Shown here: piece after piece, positions 11,024 through 23,934 of the stretch
How the letters are laid out: each line of letters opens with the position of its first letter
Position numbering within the stretch: the first letter of the stretch is position 1
Source: Schmidtea polychroa
Taxonomy: Eukaryota
Assembly: GCA_044892525.1 (NCBI GenBank)
Contig: CM097886.1
Span: 84,754,001-84,818,000 of the forward strand
DNA: 64,000 nucleotides
Reading direction: 5' to 3'
The notes under the pieces: generated by a model
Told to the model about the DNA's origin: nothing
The model's input: only the letters and a program-made list of their open reading frames with translations
Database searches by the model: none
Translations under genes and position numbers: made by a program

Positions 11024-13720
11024 ATGGCCTTGAAACAAGATATTGGGTTATCTTGTAATAATTGTAGTAATTGTACAGGTTTTAAAATTCATGGATGGAG
11101 GTAAATATTAAAAACATTTTAATAACATAAATTTTATGTTAGAAAAACATGCGACAAATGTAAATGTGCAGTAGAAAAGCATGATATTTTTGATGAGTCA
11201 ACCTTGCCAATATTGGATGAAATGAAAGTAGATAAGCCTATTACTGCTGAATATAAGGAAGCACTAGCAGTTGCAAGCAAAGTTGGTAAACCCTGGTTGC
11301 CAGTTGGCTTGAAAAATAAAAACATGATTGAAGAATTTTTATCAAATAAAGCCTATCCAAATTTATTGAAACGCAAAAAAAGTCTTCGCTTGCAAATACC
11401 TGTTCAGGATAGGTGTGTTGAAAAGTTCAATCATCTTGGTACACTTGCAGAAAGAGAAGAAGCAGAAAAGTTTTTATTAAATCGTAATAATCGAGATATT
11501 GGTATTGGCATTGTCAGAATTTCTGATGAGCATATGGTAATTATAAAATGTGGAGACATTAAAATTGATTAGTTTTAATTTTTGTCTTTAGAATTGTGCA
11601 GAATGTCATACAAATATTAAGCCCAATACTCTTTGCGTGACTAATGAACAAAATTCTGCTGTCAAGCAATTTTGGCATTTAGAATGCTTTAAATGTGTTT
11701 CGTGTCAAGAACTCTTAGTTGATTATATATATGCATCATATAATCAAAAACTTTATTGTATACGACATTATGCTAAAAATATTCGACCTCGCTGCAGTGA
11801 ATGCGATGAATTGATATTCTCTGTTGAATATATCCGAGCAGGTGATAATGAATTCCACATGAATCATTTTGCGTGTTATATTTGTGATGCGTCTCTGTCG
11901 AAGCAATCATATTTACAGCACAAAGGATTTGCAACTTGCATCCAATGTTACCATCATGAATTATCCAATAAATGTGTAAAGTGTTTAAAGCAAATCTCCT
12001 GTGATTCGAAGGACCTTTCATATAATAACAATCACTGGCACAGTGATTGCTTTATATGTTCAATGTGCAATAAAAACCTTGAAGGAAATCAATTCCTCTT
12101 TCTGAATGAACTACTATATTGTGTAAATTGTCATCAGGATAAAATTCTACCAAAATGTTCTTCGTGTGATCGACCTATTGAAAATGGTGCAAAAATGGTT
12201 TGTTTCGAAGAGAAAAATTGGCATTTCAATTGTTTCAATTGCAAAGACTGTAAGCGACCTATTGGGAATGACAGTTTTGTGCAACATGACAAACGTTCGA
12301 TATGCTCTAAATGTTTTGATGCTAAGTATGCAAAAAGATGCGCAAAGTGTGAAAAGGTAAGTTTGATTTTTTAATATTTAACAAGAATGAATAACTAGAT
12401 GATTTTTTAATTTCTTATATTAACGAAAGATTTTATACTATATAAATATATTGAATTATTACTATTGATTCAAATATATTACTGTTATATGTTGGAATTA
12501 TAACGAGAATAAAAAAATCAGTTCATCCAGATATAAAAAATGAATGTAAGCTGACATCAAAAAATGGTTTTTCGAAAACCGAATTTGCTTTTTTGATAAC
12601 TGGAAACGATTTGGATGATTTTCTGTTTTATATTTTACCTCCAACTATATTTTAAAATTAGGAATAAAATATTTATGATCAAAAATAGTTTTATTTTCTA
12701 TGTCCGGAAAATATTCAAAAATAATGACTAAATTGATTGTCTATATATTTTAATTTACAAATCCTCATTTAGCTTGTAAAAGAAGGAGGAATATCGTACA
12801 AAAATCAATCATATCATTACGATTGTTTCAATTGCGCAAATTGTAAGTGCAAAATTGCAGATACAAAATTCTTGGTGAAAAATAATGAAAACTATTGCAA
12901 ATTGTGCTGCGATAGGTTATTCTCAACACGATGCAAAAAATGTACAAAGCCAATAACAGGTAAATATTTATAAATTTTATTTATCCATACAATAGTCTCT
13001 TTTATTAAAATTCTTGAGAGGTCAAATTTGGTGTTGGTGGTTCATTTCCTTTCTTAGCTAAGAGAACAGGATGGATTTGTGGCAAAACTCCTCCTCCGGC
13101 AATGTGAACATTTGCCAATAATTTTTTCAATTCTTCATCGTTTTTTACTCCTAGCATGATGTGTCGAGGATTGATTGTTCGTCTAAAAATAAACATAATA
13201 ATTTGCTTTTTCATTAATATAGAATAATTTCTACCTTTTGTTGGCCTTTGCAGCATTGCCTGCCAATTCGACGATTTCTGCAACCAGATACTCCATTACA
13301 GCTGCCGTATAAACCGAAGAGCCACATGAAATGCGTTTAGCATAGCGCCCTTTCTTCAAATATCTGTGGAATCTTGAAACTGGCATTGTTAAACCGGCTT
13401 TGTTCGATTTTGATATTCTATCGACATTTTTTTTCTTTTCTTCACTTGGAATTGCTTTAGGAGCCATTTTTAAATATAATTTATAATCTATGAAAATTTA
13501 AACAAACTAATTATTCCTTTAATTAATCAAATGTTTTATTTAAATAAGTTATAAATTTGATCTAGGTGATGCAATATGCAAGTATGTTTCATTCGAGGAC
13601 AAAAACTGGCATGTCGGATGCTTCAATTGTGACAAGTGTCATGTTAGTCTTGTCGACAAAGGATTTTTCATCAAAGATAGTGATACGTTGTGTCCCAATT
13701 GCAGCAGTTCGTGTCAATAA
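11024..13720 (+). CDS. Lmpt: LIMPETin (testin/FHL-related; Cys-rich N-terminus + PET + 6 LIM domains), ~525 aa; exons 11024-11100, 11143-11536, 11592-12356, 12773-12959, 13566-13720
   Basis: All introns are GT-AG and the joined exons give 1578 nt in frame. It has the testin-like [24 protein letters not shown], the PET-like PWLPVGL...[13 protein letters not shown] and six CxxC..HxxCFxCxxC LIM repeats. Confidence 0.92.
13005..13467 (-). CDS. H2AX: Divergent histone H2A variant with H2A.X-type C-terminal SQEF, 136 aa; exons 13467-13235 and 13182-13005
   Basis: Histone fold AGLTMPVSR...[19 protein letters not shown]...[22 protein letters not shown]. One 52-bp GT-AG intron (13234-13183) joins two ORF-track fragments in frame (411 nt). 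An AATAAA overlaps the stop codon. Confidence 0.88.
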
Positions 13721-15345
13721 TTTTGATGTTTTTAAATTTAAATATATTTTGTCTTGTCATTAGTGTTACTTGAAATTGAATAGAATTGATTTCAATTTGT
13801 TTTTGTTTATTTTATAAAATTTTTAAAAATTAAGATTTAATCTTGAAAATTTTAAATTGACTTTTTATTAGTAATTTATAATCAATGAATAATCGATATA
13901 AATAATTTCTATATTTGCTCACTAGAGGTTTAATAGCGAAATAAAGAAATGAAAACGGAAAATGTCAAGTTATTGATGGAAATAAATGATGATTTAATCA
14001 CCAATTAAATTTATTAAGTATTTTATATTGAAACTTAATTTTCAAACAAAGAAAATTTAGAACCTTTTGCTGGTGTTGGATATTTACGGTGAAATGCGAT
14101 GCTCGAGACAACTCTTGCACAAAATTGCTTGAAAAAGAATATTAATTTTCATAATCATTTGTAATGTCATAGTTGATCATTATCATTCGTAGTAAATTTT
14201 GAATATAATAATTAATTATATTATCCATTGTAAATATAACATAAAGTAATGAAGATTTATTTGTAATACATAAATGATTATAGTAACCTAATATCAAAAT
14301 ATAAAGGAATAAAATGTTACTTTTCGATTTGAGATCGTCACAAAAAACTAGACATTAAATTTCTTTCATATTTATACTCATAATTTACGCGTGTTATTAA
14401 GTATGCGTAATTAATGTAAATAAACTAATTCAAAATAATAAATTACTTTTGCTCTATTTTTAATAAATAAAACGGAAAAAATCAGTGGTGAAATTGAAAA
14501 AAAGTTTTATAAATTATTTTTTAGTTAATTTTATTTTATCGTAATCACCATAGACATTCATTAATTTCACGTGTTATTTGGTTATTATTTCTTTTTGCAT
14601 ATATTAAATTTGAATGGAGATTTGTGCTAACTTTTTTATTAATTTTTTTTATAGTTCGTTTTAAGAATTTAATTTTATTTCCCAATTTTTATCACCGCTT
14701 CGGTGGATTTCGAATAAGTTTAACATGTATTTTTAGCCTGTTTTATCACATTTGCCATACTTTGTTAATTGTTATTTTTTCATGTTTATTAGTTATTTAA
14801 AATGTTTTCCTTAATTTACTTTTGTTTTATTTGATATTCATTTTGAATTTTAATTCAACTTGGTGATTGTTAGCGACACGAATAAACAAATTACAAAATA
14901 TAAATTCCAAACTAAGTTCTTGCCAATTATTAATATAAAATTTAATATTTTCTTGGTTATAAATATAAACAATATGTACTAAATGTTATTGTATTACTTA
15001 TACAAAAAAACACTGAAATAATATCGCAACGTGTTTTATTCATTTCTCGTGGGCCTTAAAATTATAGATATGATGCTTTATAAATTCTATCTTTTCACAG
15101 ATGTCAAAGCCACAGAATGCATCAAAGTGATATTATAACATTATCACTGGCTCATATGCAGTTGGTTTGAAGGCTTACTAGGTGCAAATATGACAACTAA
15201 ATGTTTTAAACTGACAGTTCACAAAAAAATTAGTCATTATTCACTGGAAAAAAACTGATCTAGGAAATTCTATTGCCGAAAATATTTACTGCAAGTGCAC
15301 CGATGATGCTGGATTGAGAACTATTACTATGGCACCCACTTAAAC

Positions 15346-15672
15346 CAGTGATTCTCAATCAATGATACCCGTACCTCTATGAATTTTCATAAACCCAAAT
15401 GTGAAGAATGTGGGGAAGTACCCTCGCTGCTTTTATGTTACCTTCAAACAAAATATGCCAATTATTAAAACAAAGAATTAAAAAATTTTTAACGTTTAGC
15501 TGCTAAAAATATTAAGATGTCAGTTTTGACATCGTATATCCTGCCAGCTAATAAAGATTTTGAAAATGCGGTTGAGTCAAGTTACCGCATTAGTAACCGT
15601 ATTGCTACATGCGGTAAAAATGATATAATTGCTGAGAATCTAGTTCAACCCTCTATAAAAGATGTTGCTTGA
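15346..15672 (+). mobile_element. hAT (Buster/Charlie-like) remnant
   Basis: TIR-like CAGTGATTCTCAA at 15346, a BED-finger remnant PKCEECGEV, and NAVESSYRISNRIATCGKNDIIAENLVQP, typical of ZBED5/Buster transposases. Confidence 0.7.
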
Positions 15673-17805
15673 TGTATATTTTGGTGGGCTTGTTTTTGGT
15701 TTTCTGTAATAAAAGCTAAAAACATTGAAGGGATCGTGAAAATAGCAAAATAATATAAAGAAAAGTAAAAATTTGGAATAAAATAAAGAAACGAGATCGA
15801 TAAATTAACAATAAATAATAACAAAAGAAATTTAACAAAATAAAATCGTCATACAAAATAGGAAGCAGAAACACGATCTTTTCAATGTTCGTTTTTTAAA
15901 CGATTCAGGACTTCTGTACTGTCAAACACCTTCTAAATCATTCAGGAGATTAATTTTCAAATAACACAACCCATTCAGCGTTCAGTACCATTCTGAAACT
16001 ACTTATCGCGATTTCGAGCCTCCAGTAGCACCAGGACTTCTATATATTGGAATCACAGTTTGATAACTCGTTAAATTTTCATGCATGAATAAATTTTATG
16101 TACAATTTAAGATAATATAGTAATGCAAATAAAATTTTTATAGTCGTAAATTCCTTTCTCTTTTCATGCATCCCAATATTTACTAATACGTTCTTTAAAT
16201 GATATTTAATAATTGATATGATTTAAATTAACAATCTGATGAAATGACTTTTATGATATTCATGGTATATGATTTGGATTATAAATGGTAACATCGTCAT
16301 GGTGGAGTTGAGGACCATATACTATAGGTCGGGGTACCTTCGGGATGCTCGACTGGTAAGTAGGTGGGATCTTCAGCCGTTCGGTGGACATTCGGATCAA
16401 AATGTAAAGGCTTCTTCACGGGTCCGTCGCCGGTAGATGTCAGAGAATTGAACAACTTTATAAAAGGAACATGTGTAAATCGAGATGACATCTGAAATCG
16501 AATTGAGAACATCATTAAATCTAAATGACTTACATGCAGCACAATGATTGAGATCATAAGACTAAGGTAAATAAAATTTTTCAACTGTAGTAACATCACA
16601 TGATCAGGATCCTCTGAACAAAATCCAGTTAAAGTAGGCCATATGAATCTCGTACAATAAGGAAGTTTCTATCTATTCCACAGTAGTACATTCAATTTTT
16701 AGTCTTTTAAGGTGACATATAGACTCAGCAACTACTAGGAACAGACCTCTAGTGCTAGTGGAACCGAAACTTCCGGAATGTCTTCCCTTTATCGTCTTAT
16801 CATACCCGTAAGCATCGATCTCGTAAACTGAAGTCATTTTCGAAAGTTCAACCTTCATGAAAATCCTCGAGAAGTAAAACAAGAAATGTAAAACATCGAT
16901 AAACATCCATAAAGCGAAAATTCCAATCGGTTGTTGAGATTCATCTGGTGATACACATTAAAAAATAAAAATCCAGCAGACATAATGCAGAGATAAACCG
17001 TGAAAACCATTCCAAGAGTATCTTGGTCCAAATCAACATACGGAATAGAAATTCCGTTTATCCGACAACTTGAGAACCAACAGCTGAGGTCAGATCGATT
17101 TTGTAGTCAAGCACATAAAATTCCCTGCGAATTGAACGTTTGTTTAATTGTGATCATATTAAATCTGAACAACTGCGTAAAGTTACATCGATAAACAGAT
17201 AAGGCGAACTTACCTTGTAATCAACCATCCTGTAGAAATAGCAGCCGGAGTAATCTACTTATTGATAATGGTAATAAACCAGACAATCGGTTAAGAAAAT
17301 TCTGATCAAAGTTTTTTAGAATTAATAACTCGGTAATTTATAATTTAAATAAATTAGAAAGCGTTAGGCCACTATCATTTTAATAAAAATTAATAATTAA
17401 GTAAATAGAGAATTTTAATTCATATTATTAAATTGGATGTTGAACACGATTAAATTAACTTAGGAATTTTTTAGTAAATTTAACATTATAATAAATATGA
17501 ATGAGTGGTTGGATTAAATGGACATTCAAGTAATCAAAGATATTTTTGGGTCAAATAAATAGAATTTGAGTTAGACGATAGGATATGACCCCAAGTCGCC
17601 TATAGGTAATTTAACTTTAGTCAGTAAACGCAGTGGTAAATGAACATTGCTAGTCCAAGTTAGGATTTGTGCACATTTAAGTTTGGTTAATATCAAATAT
17701 TATTAGAAAAATCACCGTGATAATAAACATAGACGATTTTATAAAAAAGCTAAATTAAGAGGTAATAAAATTCTAATAAGGTGAAATGGATGAAAGTATC
17801 AAAAT

Positions 17806-17943
17806 AGTAGTGTCTATAATGTGTATCCTAGGCCCACCCCAATATTCGCTCGTAAAAAAACCAAAACAAGTTTGTTTTTTTATCTTCGCTCACCCTTCGG
17901 GAGGGGGTTGGGGTGACCTAGGATACCCATCATAGACACTACT
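17806..17943. mobile_element. 138-bp mini-element with AGTAGT...ACTACT termini (Polinton-type ends)
   Basis: 27-bp terminal inverted repeats with 25/27 match (AGTAGTGTCTAT..TATCCTAGG). No TSD is visible. Confidence 0.55.
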
Positions 17944-17949
17944 ATGAAT

Positions 17950-18700
17950 ACATGTATATTAAAAATAATAATAATTTTAATAATGCGTCTATATAATATT
18001 TTAATAATTTAATAATGTATGTATATTAATAATTTTATAATTTTTTATTTTCAATAATGTTGGGTATCCAAATTTTATTGGTACCCAAGAATAAATAATT
18101 TATTATATATTATAGATACAAGGATTTAATAATATAATATTTTAATATTTTAATAATTTTTTATTTTAAAGTTGTTATATATTATAGATACAAGGATTTA
18201 ATAATAATTTTAATATACATGTAGAGAATGATTTAATAATTTTAAAATAAAAATAATTTCAATAATGTTGGGTACCTAAATTTTATTGGTACTTAAGAAT
18301 AAAAAAATGGAAGAGTTTCTGTTCATATATTACACACATGCAATGATTTCAATAATTATGGAGATTAGTAAATTTACTAATACCCAACAATATAAAACAT
18401 GGAATTGTCAAAATTTTATATTATAAAAATAAACCAGTAAAAAAAATTTAAAAAAAATAAAAATGGCTACTTCAAGAAACTTCCATACCCAAGATTTTAA
18501 TAATAATAATAATTTAATATACTTCAAACACAGATACTCGAGAATTAAGACTTAAGATTTTAATAATAATTTAATATACTCTAAATATAGACACCCGAGA
18601 ATTAATTTTTTAATAAATATTGAAAAATATAAAAATATAAAAAATTGAAATTTCGGTTTTCTGAACAGAAATAAAGCAACAGTTAAGAATTTTATTGTTT
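17950..18700. repeat. AT-rich region with short duplicated blocks
   Basis: TTCAATAATGTTGGGTA..AAATTTTATTGGTAC occurs at ~18050 and ~18258. ATATTATAGATACAAGGATTTAATAAT occurs at ~18106 and ~18178. Confidence 0.6.
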
Positions 18701-18745
18701 AAAAATAATAAAATAACAATTATCAAAAAATGATTATATTTATAG

Positions 18746-19114
18746 TTAATAAAAACATTTTATTATATTCCGTTTATAAATATTTTTTAATGGTTTTTTA
18801 CAAATATTGTTTCTTGTTCTCAATATTTCATTCCCATTACCTTTATTGCCCAATCTCTCAAACACGCTTTGTCTGTTTCCAATCAATTTGGGGCCCCTCA
18901 TTGAAATATTTTCATTTGGATTAATTATAGAAATCTTTCTGTGAATTTTATCTGATATTTGTTGATTTGTTGAAACATTTATTATCAATTGATCATTTTG
19001 CTTTTTGCCCAATCTGCTGAATGCGCTTTTTCTTGGTGTCGAATATTCTGTATGGCATTCATATTCGATTGTTGAGAATTTGTTGAGCTGTTGTTTGAAT
19101 GAGTGATTTGGGGA

Positions 19115-19147
<33 letters not shown>

Positions 19148-19501
19148 GAAAAGTGTTTCTGGTGTTGTTACTGATGATTTTATATCATTTGGGGGAGAAC
19201 TTTTCAAATTTATATTTTTGTTTTCATTGATTGAGTTTGTTGGATTTTCATTGGCTTGAATATTTCTATTGAATATTGATTTATTATTGATTGGTAAATG
19301 ATTGGTGCTATTATTGATCTGAGATAATAACCAATCAATAAATGGTTCAGTTTTCTCATCCAAAAATATTTTCAAATCTCCGATTAATTCTTCTCTAGAT
19401 TTTAAACGTTTGATTAACATAATTACGTAATCAATTAAGCAATTGTCAATTTCACATTGTTGTGATTTAAAATAATTTAAAATTATATTTTTCATTTCCA
19501 T
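18746..19501 (-). CDS. PWI-like domain protein (ZC3H14/Nab2- or RBM26-like N-terminus) with low-complexity tail
   Basis: LIDYVIMLIKRLKSREELIGDLKIFLDEKTEPFIDWL matches the PWI pattern. It has two S-[AV]-F-x-R-L-G motifs and no CCCH fingers in this ORF. Confidence 0.65.
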
Positions 19502-20059
19502 ATTTTATTTGTCTTATTTATGTTTATTAATAAATGTAAATAGAAAGATTTGATTAATTTCCTCGGATTTTCATCCAATAAAATTAAAAATAATAAATTT
19601 AAGTTATTATGCGGTATAAAGTTTAAATTATTATTTAATTGTTTAAATATTGTATAATTAATAATATTAAAATTATAATATATTAATCAATAATATAACA
19701 AATATTAATAATAGAAATATTAAAATTTATGTTGAGCTAGGTGGGTGCTGGTTTATAGCACGAAAACATAACATTAGGTTGAGTCAAACTAAAACACGTT
19801 TGAACATCAACTGAACAATTAAGTGAATTTATAAAATTAAAAATAATAAATGTTTATATAAATAATAATATAAAAATTATAAAGTGATGATTTCTTGGTA
19901 ACAGGATTAATTAAATTTTAAACAATTAAATGATAATTTAAGCCTTTTGTTGCGAATAATATATTTAATACAAATGAAAAAAAGGACTATAAGATAGCCC
20001 TTTTATTTATGAAAAGCTAATCTTCTAGTAGCGTAGTTATCATAACTGACGCCCAGGCA

Positions 20060-20420
20060 CGATTCTATTGGTCTTGAACTGAATTCTAGACCCACATCTC
20101 GAAACTGTGACGATATGGAATGTGGAATGATATGTGGAATAATATGGAATGTTCTGGAAATGCCCAAATCCATCATGGAGGCAATAGAATAAAAATTAAA
20201 AAAACATAATAAAAAAAACATAATAAAAATAAAATTTTAAAAATAAAAACAAAAATTATGGCACCAAAATCGGCACAAAATCAATAAAAATTAAGAATCA
20301 AATGTTCTAGAATTAAAAAAAATCGAGTTAGTTTTACTGTATCAATGCACACACACGTACTCGCATACCAAAAATCAGGTATATATATCGCCACATTTCG
20401 GTCACAAGTTACACTTTATG
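20060..20420. repeat. Partial, internally deleted copy of the 7.7-10.2 kb foldback family
   Basis: Shares ATGGAATGTTCTG(G/A)AAATGCCCAAATCCATCATGGA and TTTTACTG..CAATGCACAC...CACATTTC(A/G)GTCACA with 9460-9700. Confidence 0.7.
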
Positions 20421-21409
20421 CCAAAAATTTTGTGTAATTCACATTTTTACCGAATAATTGATACTAGTAAGAAATGTTTTTGTTTATATGTTTTTATATA
20501 TTATGTTAAATTCAACATTCATATTTGGTTTTTCTTCTTAATGATGTTATTTGGAAGATAACTGAAATCGGAGTGACGATAACATTTTTACGCACCAGTA
20601 GGTAGTTATATGCACTCTAGATCCATGTGCACTCTAGATTCAGATACCCCCCCCTTATTTTTTTTTAAAATTTTTAAAAGACCCCCCCCCCCCATATTTT
20701 TTTTTAAAATTTTTAAAATACCCCCCGCTATATTTTTTTAAATTAAAATTTTTGTTTTAATTATCGACTACGTAACAATTTTATTTTTTGTTTTAATCAT
20801 CGATTACGTAATAATTTAAAAATTTTTAAAATGTCGATTACGTCATTGATTTTAATTTTTTATAAGAATTTTTTATGTCATTATACTTGAAATTTAATTC
20901 TCTGTTAAATGAGACTATGATGTAATCAAAATTCTGAAATTTCATTTTTTTAGTACACGATTTTTAAATTTACACATCTTTTTAAACAAATTGAGATATT
21001 TTCACTCAAACAATATATAGATAGAATTTTAATCTCTATAAAATGACATCAATATTTACTTCAAATTCATAATCATAACACCTTAAACAATGTATTTTTC
21101 AGCCAACTTTTACATACACACATATTTTCAACTTTTAAAAAATACAAATTAATCATCTATACTTAACTCATAGTAAATAATTATATTAAAAGACATATTA
21201 AAAGATGTATTAAAAACTAAACATTTATTAAAATCCCAGAGAAATTCGAGCACTATCTAATTTCCAAATCGGTGATATGACATCTTTCTCATCTATTTTA
21301 TATCCCTGTATTGAAATATTTACGAACCAGCTTTCCCCATCTTTATATTCAATTTTATATAACAAAGACATATTACATAACAAAGACACACCTGACTCAT
21401 CATACTTTT

Positions 21410-22470
21410 TAAATATATTACGTTGCGGTATTTTAAAATTTAAATATATTTTAAAAACTTATTTTGATGCTAAAGTTGACAAAATAAAATTATTGTACAT
21501 ACTTTGCATTATCATATATAGTCTATCAGACAAGATATTTTGTCCCCCTAAGGGTATTGCTCACAAGGGTACTACTCACATGGGTAATTGTCACAAGGGT
21601 ATTACTCACATTCAACATGTCGTAAATTATTTTCAAATACAAGTTCAAAGTATCATTATTTATTTTAACACGCACGGGAGTTATTATTATTATTATCATA
21701 TATAGTCAGAGTTTATCCGACAAGATATTCTGCCCCCCCCACCCCTATGTGTACTGCTTACATAGGTAATGGTTACAAGGGTACTTCTCACATTCAAAAT
21801 GTCTCAAAGGGCATATTATAATTACTATTAAAATTATTATTAAATTCCGACCAACTTATATCAATGAAGGGGTAGAACAAAATATATTACGTTGCGGTAT
21901 TTTAAAATTTAAATATATTTTAAAAACGTATTTTGACACTAAAGTTTACTTAATTAACAAAGACATAATTATTGCACATGCTTTGCATAAATATTATTAT
22001 TATTTTTTGCATTTTTAATATTTTCATTCAAAGTATTATTTCAAANNNNNNNNNNNNNNNNNNNNNNNNNNNNNNNNNNNNNNNNNNNNNNNNNNNNNNN
22101 NNNNNNNNNNNNNNNNNNNNNNNNNNNNNNNNNNNNNNNNNNNNNNNNNNNNNNNNNNNNNNNNNNNNNNNNNNNNTTGCACACACACACACTCAACCCA
22201 TTAAACTTTATTATTATTATTATTAAAATAATTTTTACACACTAGGTTATGGGGTAGAGAATTATTATATGTTTGCAGTATTCTGTATTTGCCTTTACAT
22301 GAAATTTTCAATAAGGAGCGATAATTTTACACATACATTCTATATACACATACCTTGTTTAACATGGGTGTATATACTTCTAGTCTATCCGACAAGATAT
22401 TCTGTCCCCCTATGGGTATTGCTAGCAAGGGTACTACTCACATTCAACATGTCGCAAGGGTATATTAATT
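21410..22470 (+). repeat. Tandem-duplicated termini of the TATCCGACAAGATATT family with 15-bp subterminal repeats
   Basis: The motif occurs at ~21520, ~21710 and ~22380, followed by CAAGGGTACTACTCA-like units. The block ATATATTACGTTGCGGTATTTTAAAATT is duplicated at ~21412 and ~21882. Confidence 0.7.
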
Positions 22471-23819
22471 AGGGTTAGTAAATAAAACTTATGACACATA
22501 CTATTTTTAATAATTCTTTAAACTATAAAAATCAAGACAAGAGAGGACAAGGCAAAGTTTATGCATTTATTATTGCCAGGCCTAATGAGCAGTGACCAAA
22601 TATCTGTGCCTGAAAGACACGGTGGATATTTGTTCGCGTCCACAAGGGTCGTCTGTGCCTCCCCAAGTGGGGTCAGAAGAACCTGGGCATTATAGTTTTC
22701 CGTACGGAACATTACGCCTAGCATGGGTAGTTAACTACCAGCACATTCGAAACGTATAATTTCAAAATGCATGCGTCATTGGCACTATAACCAAATTAAT
22801 TAATGTTTTCACTAACACAAATATATATTTACAGAGGCCTCCCACTAGTTGGATTACAACCGCCTACCACGACGATCAGCTTGTAAATATATATTAATTA
22901 AGGGATAAAGAGGACCCACCCAACCCTATTATATTTAATTTACAAATTTTTCTCGCTCTTCTGCTGGTAATCTATCTCAAAATTATCATCTCCATCGGGC
23001 CATTTGGAATACATTTTGCAAATTGGACGTATTTCTTAGTTTCTGATGCGGTGTCAACTATCATTGCTAAAATTTATATTGATTTAAAAGCAATTAACTT
23101 ACAGATGTTATCTAACATTTTATCGTCACAAATTAAATTCTGTCTGACTATTAGGCAACTGTTATTGGTGGTATACTTTTTCAATGTCATTTCCCACCGT
23201 NNNNNNNNNNNNNNNNNNNNNNNNNNNNNNNNNNNNNNNNNNNNNNNNNNNNNNNNNNNNNNNNNNNNNNNNNNNNNNNNNNNNNNNNNNNNNNNNNNNN
23301 NNNNNNNNNNNNNNNNNNNNNNNNNNNNNTTACATTAATAATAATATTCTTCAGGTATGACGAGTACTTTACTTAATTGCTAAAACATCAATTTTCCCCA
23401 TTTTTCTTGACATTCGTTGAAAGTTTACATAATTTAAGTCTGATAATTCATGTTGAAGGACACCCACAATCAGCTAATTCATTTAAGAAATCCAGAACAT
23501 AAGTCATTTAGTGTTTCACCATTTTGTCTGGTTCATCTTCTTCATAATCATATAATTCATTTTCTTCATTACTAAGTAAAATAATTAAAATATTGTAGTA
23601 AATTCTTTATTTACTTACTTTATGGATACTAAAACGAAAGAAATAAAGTTATATCAAAATTATATTTAAATAATTTAAATTTAAATAATTTAAATTTAGT
23701 ATTTAAACATATTTAAACACTTTAGTTATTTAAGCATATTTAAACATTATTATATAGTATAACTTTATAAAATATTATAATATTATAATTTTATGTATTC
23801 TAAATTTATTAATAAATAT

Positions 23820-23934
23820 AGTTATGTAAAGTTTTGTTTGAATAATATTCGTTTTAATGTGTTTTTGAAAAATATATTTTATTGAATTATTATTGATTTA
23901 TTTTATGAATTTAGAAGTTGAGGACATCATAACT
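23820..23934 (+). repeat. 5' LTR (AGTTATG...CATAACT)
   Basis: Direct repeat of 28270-28384 with a 7-bp perfect terminal inverted repeat. Confidence 0.93.

Noticed and set aside
16297-17260. GC-elevated block with short minus-strand ORFs, possibly a retroelement accessory or env remnant
   Set aside because: There is no continuous frame, no recognisable domain and no copy of the AG(U/C)ACCAA RNA motif.
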